Source: Octopus bimaculoides (Eukaryota). Taken from it: a stretch of DNA of 64,000 bases. Below the pieces are notes generated by a model that saw only the letters and a list, made by a program, of their open reading frames with translations, did no database searches and was not told the origin of the DNA. Position numbers and translations under genes: made by a program. The stretch is from NCBI RefSeq assembly GCF_001194135.2, contig NC_068986.1, forward strand, positions 80,508,364 through 80,572,363, given 5' to 3'. Positions 37,833-50,400 of this stretch are shown here, piece by piece (positions within the stretch are counted from its first letter, which is position 1; the number at the start of each line of letters is the position of its first letter).

Positions 37833-38879
37833 CACTCGATAATACATCGCTAAGATGCAGCTGGATCAAAATATAAGTTGGGGGTCAAACAACATCGTAG
37901 GAAGGCATTAAAAAATAATGGTCACTACCCTTCCTCCACCGATAAAATCTCTGAAACATCAACCAATATTGTCTCTACTTTAACAGTGGATCCTGTGACT
38001 CGACACCTGATTCCCAACTTCATTTCTGATTTGTCTTTCCAATCTTTTACAGGTAGATAAAATAGATGTGTAGTTCTACCTCAGTCATGATCAAGCAGGT
38101 CTATGAACCAAAGCAGTCCAGTACTGACCATGTATGTGGGTTAACATAGACAAATACTTCGTTTCCAAGACTATAGGAGTGTGTGGGGAGGATGACTTAA
38201 GAAAGATTTGGTTCATGTTTCTAGCGACTACGTAAAGTAAGGAAGATATATTGTTTCTAATGGATCCAACGATCACAGAATGGCCTACTCATTCACTCGT
38301 GCTAAAATAGTATCAATAACAAACTAGGTTTGATCCTATTGATTATAAATCACCAAAGACGGGTCCTCAATCCAGGACCCACCTATTATAACAGATTTCC
38401 TTGTCCCACAGTATTTACAACGGTAAATCTAGACTACTTTGCACCCAGTACACAAGTCCTCTCACATTTATTATTATTATTATTATTTTTTTTTTTTTAC
38501 ATAAGCAGTCACTCTATTTAGGATTTAATGTTTGTTAAGTAGTTATAATAATAATAATACTGACAAATAATACTAATTAACTAGAAATTTTAATTCCGAT
38601 GATTGCGTAAAATAGCTGGTTCCGTATGTAGTTAAGCTGTCGATGATTATAGAGGGGAAAAAACATAAGAAATAAATTAGATTAAATATGCAGATTATAA
38701 TATGTGATTCACAAGACAAAGAACTGGTTATGTGATTTAGCCCTAGTCCAGACACGATCCAGCAGACCTATAATCAGAGACATTCCAGCCGTGATCAATC
38801 CGTCTTTAGGGTATGTCTAGGACGATATCAGCCAATGCGTGCATTGTTTTGAAGATAGTATAATGTGATTTGGGGGCGC

Positions 38880-39100
38880 TTTAGTTGCTACAACTAGTAG
38901 GCAGCGCTATCACGTAGAGGCTCCCTTGTTTTCCCATGTTTACTGGTTTATTTACAGATAATGACTCAGCAGACGAGTCTGTGTGCGCGCGTGTGTGAGA
39001 GGCGAGTTTACGACTACGTGTTACATAACGGGGTACATAGGATAAATAAATGATTGCTGACAAAAAAATAAACTTTAACACGTGATTGTGCATATCTATC
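38880..39100. promoter_or_regulatory. CpG-enriched candidate regulatory module between WDR45 and RBM22
   Basis: ATGACTCAGCA at 38961-38971 and CACGTG at 39079-39084, with locally many CpGs. Confidence 0.35.
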
Positions 39101-40292
39101 TGAGGTCCCTAAGACATTGCTTTTAATAAATTAAATATATTCTGCAATCCAAATGTATTGAGTTCCTCCTTGGATTATGGATTCCCTAATTATGCGATTG
39201 CATGTATGTGACTCACACACACACTGTGTGTGCGTGTGTACACAAGTTTGGATCAGAGCGATGAAAAGTACTCGATTCGTGGTAGCAGTGGGGACTGCGA
39301 AATATACGCAAGAGCAAAGTTATTCACCAGAAGTAAAAAAAAAGTTGGGAGTGAGAGAGCATTATTATTTTATTATTGTGCCAAAATTTGAAACGATTCA
39401 ATTATTATTATTACGTAAATCGTAGTAGGTGGCTTGACCACTGGTCACTACGTCGTAGCTATTCCGAACCAACGAGCGAGCCTCTGCGTAGTAACTCAAT
39501 ATGCAGGAAATAACAGTCAAATCTCCTTCAGACCACACCCTAGTCTTAAGAACAGAATGTATACGGTGAATAAATGGGCGATCTTTGTTTTCAGGAAGAA
39601 ATATGCAACTAAGACCAAAGGTCATAGATAGATATAGCCTTAGATACACTATATGTCTTGAAAAAATAAATTTTAAAAATAGGAAGACAAAGACAGGGCG
39701 GTCACAACTGGAACGTCTTTATAAGTATGCTCAGTGAGTGAGATCTCGCTTTGTTTATTATTGTTTGGAATGACATTTCTACCATCGACACTAAAATATT
39801 GTAAATAAGCTTGGAAATGTCGATCTAATCTTCATATAAACTTTTTAACCTAAGCCCGAATACTACACACACACACAGACAGACAGATAGACCAGTCAGA
39901 TGAGGTTGTTAAAATATTCGTGAAATAAACCTGGTGTGTTTTATTCCTGTATCACTGCTACATACTAAATACGTTTGTGTTGATCAGTTTCTTATTGTTA
40001 CGGATTTAATCTGCAGTCTGGGGTTTGCTCATTAGCAAACGTTTGTCTTATTTAGAGTGAAAAGTATTCAATACACATAGATGGGTGTATATTTTATTAA
40101 AATTCCAACCGTTTATCTAGCTTCTATTAAAAAGATATATACGCTATATTACCTGAGTATTTATTCCACCCTTCTGTAAACAGATAGGTTCGTTGATACA
40201 CGCAAGCGTTTTCAACATGTGTGTATGTATATGTATGTATAAATATAGCCTTTCTATCTATCTATCTATATCTATAATTTATATATATATAC

Positions 40293-40329
<37 letters not shown>

Positions 40330-41248
40330 CTATCTATGGCATAACCCTGTAGTTATGCCTCTATGGCATAACTACAGGGTTTTACCCCCCAGACTTTGGG
40401 AGGAACTATCTATCTCTCTCTCTATATATATATAATCATCTATCTATCTATCTATACATACATACATACATATATGACACAGCACCATTATGTATCTTAA
40501 ATAAAGAATCGCATCTACAAATTTATATACGACTAGTTTGTATATACACGAGACGAATGAATTAGTCTATATCTATTGTTTATGAAAACAAATTTTTTTT
40601 CCTCGCACTCTCTACTCTGTGTGTGCGTTTGTAGATATATGTGTGTGTGTGTGTCTGTGCGTGCAAATTTGCACACACACGCACGTGTATACAAACACAG
40701 AGACAATGTAGACAAGGAACTATATGTAAATATACATATTTGTGAAAGATTGTCTATTTGTCTACATTTATAAAAAATATAGCAAATCTATATAAAAAAC
40801 ATTTGCGAATGTATTGAGAGTGTGATGGGTTTGGATGAAACTGCAATAGAAAATAGATGTAGTTACCTTCATGGGTATCACAGATAGTTGTAGATGTTTA
40901 GTGAAAAAGTCCTAGAGACTGCTACATGTTCTGTTTAGTAAACATCAAGTGACCTACAACAATTAGAGTGCTTCACCCGGATATAGAACCACAGAAACAG
41001 GTCAGGTTGTCTCTAAAAGCACAACATTTCCGCTGAAATATATAATATAGTTATGATATTGAATCTAATTTCAATTTTACATATTAATAAATGTTTTACA
41101 ATTATAACCAAAATATTCTAATTTGAAAAAAATTGTTAATTTTATATAAATACTTGATATTTATATTATTTATTAATTATAGTAATTTTCCGTTTCGTAT
41201 TGCATTACATTTTGTAATCACCTTTGTTTGTGTAGAGTGAACAGCAAT

Positions 41249-41302
41249 ATGGCTACTTCCAAGAGTGCCAACACTTACAACAGACAAAACTGGGAAGATT
41301 CG
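41249..41302 (+). CDS. RBM22: RBM22 coding exon 1: [18 protein letters not shown]
   Basis: ATG at 41249, donor tcg|gtgaga; 54 nt. Confidence 0.95.
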
Positions 41303-43972
41303 GTGAGATTATTTACATTTTGTAAATTTTTTAAAATTTATAAATACGATGCATTTCTGCGAAAATATTTAATTAATCTGAAACAAATCTGCTTCTCTCT
41401 TGTTAAGTATGTCGACAATAAACGTATAAAAGTTAGGGCTATACTCCACGCATCACTTCAAATTTTCTCACAGATTGGCTCACAACTCTAATTATTAAGT
41501 AGAGATAGAAACAGATTGTGGGATAATATTAATTACAGAGATATGACCGATTTATTTGTGGTCGATGCCGATCACTATTATAAGAGTCGAATATTCACAG
41601 CTAGATCTGCAGGGATAGAACATGGATCCGTTTTCCCTTAACCATACATTGGGAATCTGCTGAGTCCTGAAGAATTGCATATATCTACCGCAAATTTGCT
41701 TTGCCACTCTGATATAACTATATGTTGCAAGTCTGGTACTTTTATAGGTAACGATGTGTATCCCTGTTGATCTTGCAGATTAATTGTGGCACTTTACCAA
41801 AACACGTTGAGGTCTTCAGCATAACAAAGAACGCAGTGTTAAAACTTGGAGTTACCAGTATTGTAGAGCCAGTCGGCTTTGATCGCAGTGATAAGTACAG
41901 ATCTGCAGGAATGATATGATTGCTTTGGAAACAAGGAAAGTGTTTGATCTGAGATGCAACAACCATAAAGACTCTTACTTGGTATCACGTGGTTGAATGT
42001 GCAACACACCCGCACTTTTGCATGCGGTAGGAAGGAAATCTAAACAATACTGTAATCTATTTGGACAGTATACATTTCAACTAGTGACAGCTGAAACTAG
42101 TGATTGTTTTGGGACCCTCTATTTCCAATATTGTTTTAGATTTGGATTTGAAGTTGTCAAATTTGCTGAGCGAATACTTTAGGCCGCATGTCTCTAACTA
42201 AATTTCGATTGCAATCATCGGCAAGCGTGGTTTCTTGCACAGCTAACCAAACATATTTAATTTGCAAGGAATTAATGTCTAATATATTTCAAAAAATTCC
42301 TGAATGTGTTGTTTTCATGGCTCTATGCCAGCAAAATTCTTGTAGATAAATTAGAAATATAGTACCTGATACACATGTTTGGTTTGATATTTTTCTTTGA
42401 CTCTGTTTCATGTGCAATCTGTAGCATTTGATGTATTGTTGGGATCAGCAAAAATGCACACTGGCCTACCATTGTGTAGGACACTTTATGGAGATTGCCA
42501 AATAGTCTAAGACTTTCTTTCACTTTGTGATTTTAAACCAAAAGAGTACCTAATTTATAAGTTATGTGCTATAAATCAAAACAATACAAAAAAACTTCCA
42601 AACTATTGTTCAGTCACCCTAACCTTAACCTGACTGGATTGCAGTAGCAGCCAAATTTCTCTCAAATCTCTTTAAAAAAAAGGACTCAGTGGATAAATGT
42701 AGTCCAATATACTTTGAGGTTTGAAATCGAGATGAGCTATTCACCATAGGAATGCTATAGATTATAAATCTAATCCATTGGGATTGAGTTGGAGTTAAGC
42801 ATCAGCTCCCTCATTTCTATACAATAGATATTTAACAAATCGGCAAAATTAAACTTAAAGGTTTTTTTTTTTGGCATTATTACTGGTGAGCTGAAGGCTT
42901 GAAAAAATAAGTACCAGTTGAACACTGGGGTCAATTTAATCGACTTAGTCCTTCCTTCGAACCTGCTGACCTTGTGTAAAAATTTGAAACTGTTATTGGT
43001 GGCAAGATAGCAGAATTATTAGCATGCTGGACAAAATGCTTAGCGACATTTCATCCATCTTCATGTTCTGAGTTCAAATTCCGCCAAGGTTGACTTTGCA
43101 TTTCATCTTTTTGGGGTTAATAAAATAAGTACCAGTTGAGCAGTGGGGTTGATATCCTCAACTTACACCTCTCCTTAAATTGTTGGCTTTGTGCCAAAAT
43201 TTGAAACTACTATTACTGGCGAGAAGTAGAATCAGTAGCATGCTGGAAAAAAAATACTTAGTAGTATTTCTTCCAGATCTTTATACTTTGAATTCAAATT
43301 CTACCAAGGTCGACTTTGCCTTTCATCCTTTTGTGGGTTGATGAAACAGTCAGTTACTGGGATCGATGTAATCAACTTGCCCCTCATCTCAAAATTGTTG
43401 GCCTTGTACAAAAATTTGAAACCATTATTACTGGATTAGTAAAAACAATAGCTTGTTAATCAAAATATCCTACAGAAATTAATAAAACTCTTATGTTCTG
43501 AGTTTAAATCCTGCCAGGTTAACTTTTGCTATTTGTCCTTCAGGGACAATACAATAACGTACTAATTAGGAATTGATCAACTATAACATCCCCAAAATTG
43601 TGATATTATGTTAGAAATCAATATAGAATAGCTCACAGCATATACATATGAAGGTGCATGGCTTAGTGGTTAGGGTGCTACACCAATGCTCTAGCAATCA
43701 TGATTTCAATTCCTAGACCGAGTGGTACATTGTGTTCTTGAACAAAACACTTCACCTCACATTGCTCTGCGGTCACATCAACACCTGACATGTGGTACAC
43801 TGTGCACCTGTTCAGACAATGTCGATTTGATGGAGAGAGTGAGCTAATGTGTGGCACAAACATTTGATCACTATAAACAAATCATTTGTGCAGGTCGTTC
43901 GGCAAAAGCTGAATGCTCATACTTTGTCTCTAATAGGAGAGTCCATCATCATCATGTATACGTTTGCTTGTA

Positions 43973-44018
<46 letters not shown>

Positions 44019-47000
44019 CCTGTGCTGGTGGCATGTAAAAAGTACCCACTACACTCTCGGAGTGGTTGGCATTAGGAAGGGCATCCAGTTGTAGAAACTT
44101 TGCCACATCAGATTGGAGCCTGGTGTGGCCTCCTGGGTTGCCAGTCATCAGTCAAACCATCCTACCCATGCCAGTATGGAAAGTGGACGTTAAATGATGA
44201 TGATGAAAGAAGTCTGCTGTGTGTGTGTATATGTATGTGTGTGTCTTTGTTTACTTTTCTTGGCATTGTGCAATAGTTGTAAATGAGTTTTGTACAAGCA
44301 TTGTCATTTATTTCCCGTCTTCTATGAACACATATGTCTGGCTATGGGAAGGTATTACCTTGCTTGGAAACAGGTAATCAAAGATAATTTGACTTAAATA
44401 AAATTTTTTTCATCAATTCATGTAGATTAAAGAAAATTTTTATTGACACTAAATTTTGAATATGATGATCATTTTCATATAAAGATATTCTTTTTTTTTT
44501 TTTTTTAGGAATTTCCAGTGCTCTGTCAAACATGTCTTGGAGACAATCCTTATATAAGAATGGTAAGGAAGCTAATTTATGACTATTAACAATGAAATTT
44601 CTTCTGATATCTGTCATTATATTGTGTTTTCTCTGTTTGAATCAGTTTACAGCTGTTGTTGTGTATTTCCTGGTTGGGAAGTGGATAGACTACAGCATTC
44701 CAACAATGATCTTCCCATCTTTGTGTTTAAAGGATTACATTGTCCAATATATCTTTTCTTTAAGATACTAAGGTAAGCTTGAAGGAGATTTGGCTGCAAC
44801 TTCTGAGATCAAGCAGTCAAGCAAAAGCTGAATTTTCAGCTTGTTTTGTTAGTTTTGTAATTGAGTAATCTTGGTCAATGTTATCTTCTTTTTAAAGATA
44901 GTAGGAATATTTGGCTGCTGTATTAAGCAGATCAAGTGAACTTCTTGTTTCCTCATGTCACACTATACCAATACACCACTGTTGGTTAGTCATCATACAA
45001 GACTGTACAAGTACATTTCTGTTGCATGTAATTATAAGACTGTTTTACGTAAGTCTATGACATAGACATTACCAATATCATAAAATGTGTACTATGGAAC
45101 TCTTGTTAGTCATTACCTACTCACTCCAGCTCTTTCCAACCTCGAATGTATTGTAGGTCACTCCTAACCTTTATCCATCACTCACTATGTCTACACTCAA
45201 CCCTACTCAGTTTCTAGAGTTGTCACTTATTCCTCCCTACCTTCCCTACTTAACATCCCTCAATGCCTGTTCTTCATTATATTTATCATGAACCCATTTC
45301 CCCGTCTCTCACTCTCCTATACACTTTTACAGCCTCTTTCCACCACACTCTCTGTTTTGTTTCCATTTACTTCTGTTCACCTTGTACCTAGGAAGATCTA
45401 CCCTGAATCTTTATCACTTTCCAGTTCCACTCTGGTTACTTTCACCCTCTTTCCTGAAATGTGAGATGTCATGTAGCTCCTCTGCAGCAAGAAACCTGTT
45501 CTGTTATGGTTCCTTCTCTCTTTATGGTCATCTCTGAGCATAAAAACATCTCCCTCTGTACTGTAGCCCCACTCAGTTGAAGGAGATCTTGGTCACTAGT
45601 GCTGGTGCCATGCAAAACCACACCCAGAATATGCCTAATGAGGGTATCCAGCCATAGAAACCATGTCAAAGCAGACACTGGCACATGATTGTGTGCTCCA
45701 GTGTTAGATTCTGTAAAACTGTCCCACCCACTCCAGCATGAAACATGAATGTTAAATGATGATGTTAATGATGCCTGTGGTGCTTTGTAGTGTGATATGC
45801 AGTATAATGTGTTGTTTATTGTATGATATAACATAATGCTGTGTTATATGACATTGTAGCACACTTGTTGTTTACAGTAGATTATGTTGTTCAAGTTCAG
45901 GACCAATAGACCTATGATCAAAGGTGTTTTGACTGTGTCCATTCGATCTTCTTGTCGTAGGTTTAGACAGTGTGTCTACGACCATATTATCTAAGGTGTA
46001 CTTCTCTACTGTAGCTTCAGATTAGTTCTGATCCAACAGACCTAGGACCAAAGATGTTCCAAGTATGGTGTCTTCTTTGAATTTAGATATGGTGTATCTT
46101 GGACTATATTATCCAATAGGTTCTACCTTGGGAAATTTTGGCTGCTCTGGAAACTCCTTTGTTGGTTCATATAATATAGCTTTGAATAGTTTGGTCCCAA
46201 AGAATCAGGTTTGTTTTTCTAAATGTCTGTTCTCCTTATTTTCCTCTTATTCAGATGAAAGAAAAATATGGCAAAGAATGCAAGATATGTGCACGACCAT
46301 TTACCGTGTTTCGATGGTGTCCTGGTGCCAGAATGAGGTTCAAGAAAACTGAAGTGTGTCAGACTTGTTCCAAGTTGAAGAATATTTGCCAGACATGTCT
46401 CTTGGATTTGGATTATGGTTAGTTTTGTTTTCACCTGTACATAATATTTTTTTCTTTGCGTGTGTGAGAGTGAGCGAGATCTGGGATGAATGTAAAGAAA
46501 GCTTTCTATAGTAAAGCATTTACAGTTCCATCAAATGTTATCCATAATGTTTACTCCACAACTCTATAAACTTGCTAAGGTGACAGCAGATATGAAGAAA
46601 AACTGCCTCAAATACAAATATTGTGGATTAAACTAATGTTTAAAAAATCCATCTGTATTGTCCTTGGGATAGGTCATGTCATAAATACTAGGAAAGATTT
46701 TATATATTTATATTTTGGTCCAATTTTTGGCTATCTACTATTACACCACGCCAACATCATTCTACATTGACCTCACCCCTCTGTTGCTGACCACTACAGA
46801 TGTTTCCTTCATAGCTGTACTGTAACTTATCTTCACCAGCAACAAAGCCTGCTCTGTGGCTACATTTGTCATTTTGCTGTGTCTCTCCTGGGTTTCTTTC
46901 CATGTCCTCTTAACCTACATGAAAGTCAAGCAAAATGTCGATTGGAAGACCAGTCTGGCATTATTTGTATTAGTTGATGTATTCAGAAAAGATAACTGCA

Positions 47001-47376
47001 TTGGTATGGATGTGATGTGACTGGATGATGCACTGTTAGTAGAGGGAGACTTTAGAAGTAGTGGTGAGGTCAGATCAGATGATGCTGGGCTCCATAGAAG
47101 ACTTGACAAAGGCATGTGGGTATATGTGATGAAGACAACCTGGAAAATGCAGGGCTATGTGCCTTCTCAGGGACACAACACAATGTTTGTAGTAAGATGT
47201 GTTTTAATTTCATAGCCAAACAGAAAATGCAGTTTTGGGACGTGAATATATAATATGATACATGTTTATATGTTGTATGGCATCTGTAGAGTTGGTATGT
47301 ATATAATAAATAAAGAAAACCAAAGTACTTTATTTTGATATGATGCATATGTCGATGTGTACAAATGTTAATATGG

Positions 47377-47454
<78 letters not shown>

Positions 47455-50400
47455 ATATATATATATATCAGCCATTATTATGATTGACCGGTGACTGAAC
47501 ACTATTCAATTTGTTTTCTCCGTGTTTTTCTCCTTGTCTCCGTATTCTTTCTGTTGAAGAGCGTAGCTCGAAACGTCAAAGACTTTCCGTATTCCCGAGC
47601 GTCATACTAATACATCCTTTTGTTATTTACACCACCTGTCCTCGTCTGTTTTTGTTTTTTCGTACATTCTCCCATATATATATATATATACATGTCTATA
47701 TGGTATATATGTATGTGTGTGTATATGTGATATGACATCTATATTAAATAAAACCAAAATTCACTATTGTGATGCATACTATGCTTTATGTGTTTGTAGG
47801 TCTCCCTGTGCAAGTCCGAGATGCTGCTCTTAAACTACAAGATAACATTCCTAAGTCAGATGTCAATAAAGAATACTATACTCAGAATATTGAAAGAGAG
47901 GTAAGTCATTGCTTATTGGTATTGTAGTAAGGTTGGTGGCATGGCAGAAGTGCTAGACTAGAATACTTTGTGGCATTTAGTTGTTTCCTACATTCTGTGT
48001 TCAAATTCCATCGGGGGATTGACTTTTCCTTTAATCTTTTCTTAATGGGACACACTTAAGTCTATCCATTTCCTTGAAATTTATTCCCTTGTTCCTATGC
48101 AAAAAATCATCTTCATCATCATCATCATCATTACTGTTGTGGACGATAAAGTTGGTGTAAGTTTTTTTTTTTTTTTTTTTTTTGTGGTTTAGTCAGCAGA
48201 AGAAAGGCAGTGGTGTCTATAAACTAAAAAGGGTTCAGTTTGGAGAGCGGGCTTGTACCGGTGGCCCTCTTAGCCTTGTGAGGTAAAGGAGGAAGAAATG
48301 ACATTAGGTTTATTCTCAGACTAGGAACTTGGTTAAGATGTTTGCAATAGAATAGGCTCTGTTAAAGTTATCTAGGATCAACTTGTGGTGTTGAACCAAA
48401 GGAGGGATGAAGTTTATCATTGAATCTCTACAACAGAGTGGATTCTGCTTAAAGTTTCCAAGAGTCAGTTTGGTGGTGTTGATGGCAGCAGCAGTGAACC
48501 TTGAGAAGGATTAAGTTTACTTCTCATGAACAGGCAAAATCAATCTGACAGGTTTCTACACTGTTTCCACACACCCAATTTCACTCATGAGGCTTGCGAT
48601 GATCTGATGCTATGGTAGGAGAGAAAATACTTACCCAGTGTACCTTACACTGATTGAACCAAGAAGTGTTATTGGAAAAGGAATCTCTTGTACATGGAGC
48701 TACAGTGTATGACAAAAGAGGGCTGTTTCATGCATTTCCCATACTCCTTTTGGCTCATATTACACCAGAGTCCATGAAATACAATCCTGATTTGGTCCAC
48801 ATGGCTATATCTCTTCAGGTTTTGACAAACAAGGTACTACTTAAGTGAATAGCAATTCTAGAATGAAAAAGTATTAGAAAAAATTGCTCCAGTCAACTTT
48901 GTAATGAATCAAACCATACAGAAATACAGCAGCTGTAAACCTATACATCTATACCAATCCTACACACTTAAGATACATCATCATCATTATTATTTAATGC
49001 CCCTACACCACATGCTGGTATGGTTGCGGCAGTTTGGCAGGATTCAGTGAGCCAAAGGACTGTGATGAGCTCCAGTGTCTACTTCAGAATGATTTCTATG
49101 GTTGGATGCCCTTCCTAATAACAACCACTGAACAGAGCATACTGGATGTATTTTTCATGGCACAATGCATATGAATGAGGATGGCTGCATCAAGAAGTGC
49201 CAATCTCTAATTGTGGCGGGAACGTTTGGAAGAAATAGACCTAGGAACATGTGGGACAATGTGATGAGAAAAAATTTTCAGACGTTGAGACCCACAGAAG
49301 GGATGACAAGGGACTGGGACTTTTGGTGGTTTGCTGTACTTGAGATGTGTGAACTAAGTAAAATTGTGATTGTCTTTCCTTACAGGTATGGCCCCCCCCC
49401 CATATCCTACTTTCAGCTGAGTGATCCTAATCTCGCAGGCTCGTGGGTGCTGGTGCCACATAAAAAATGCACCTGTACTGGTCCATATAAAAGCACCCAT
49501 GCTGGTGCTGTATAAAAGTACTTAGTACACTTTTTAAAGTGGTTGGTATTAAGAAGGGTATCCAGCCATAGAAATCATGCCAAAACAGACATGAAGCCTG
49601 GGCAGCTCTTCAGTGAGCCAGCTTCTGTCAAACTATGCAACCTATGCCAGTTTGGAAAACTGGCATTAAATGATGATATATATGTTTGTGTGTGTGTGGT
49701 ACATTGATTACATAAGGTCAGCAGATTGAGTAACCAAAAGTTATAGGATGATGGTTATGTTGTTGTTCATTTAACTGAAATTCCTACCATGGCCATCCCA
49801 TCTTTTTTTTTATCTATATCAAGGACTATGTTGTCTCATTCATTCATTCATTCACTTTTAGGTTTAGGGAAGATTTGACTGCTATTTCTAGCAGGTTGAA
49901 TAACCATTTAGCAGTTCTCTTGTTAGCTTACAAAACTAAATTAAATAGTACAATTTATATCATCACAGTCTGTGTATAGACCACAGCCACAGACCACTAG
50001 TGTAATAGACCATACCTACAGACCACCAACACCAATAAAACACACTCACAGATTAAACGATGATGATGATAGACCATACCCCACAACACTAACATAATTG
50101 ATTATACAGCAATCCCTTGACTATCGCGGGTTTTATGTTCCAAAACCTCCCACAGAAATAACTAAAATATAAATACCTATCGCTTGCAGAATCCTGCGAT
50201 TTACTGTGTGTGCAGTAGGTGAACTGCTATGTACTGAGTGTGTGGTAGGTGAACCGTGATATGGTGAGGGATTACTGTACTCACAAACTGCCAACACAAA
50301 CAATTAAAGAAGCATACTGAAAATGAAAGTCCATGAAAATATGCAAAGAACAGAGTTTGTTACTGCAGCAAAGTCCAACTCCATGCTAGTGCATGTTCAA

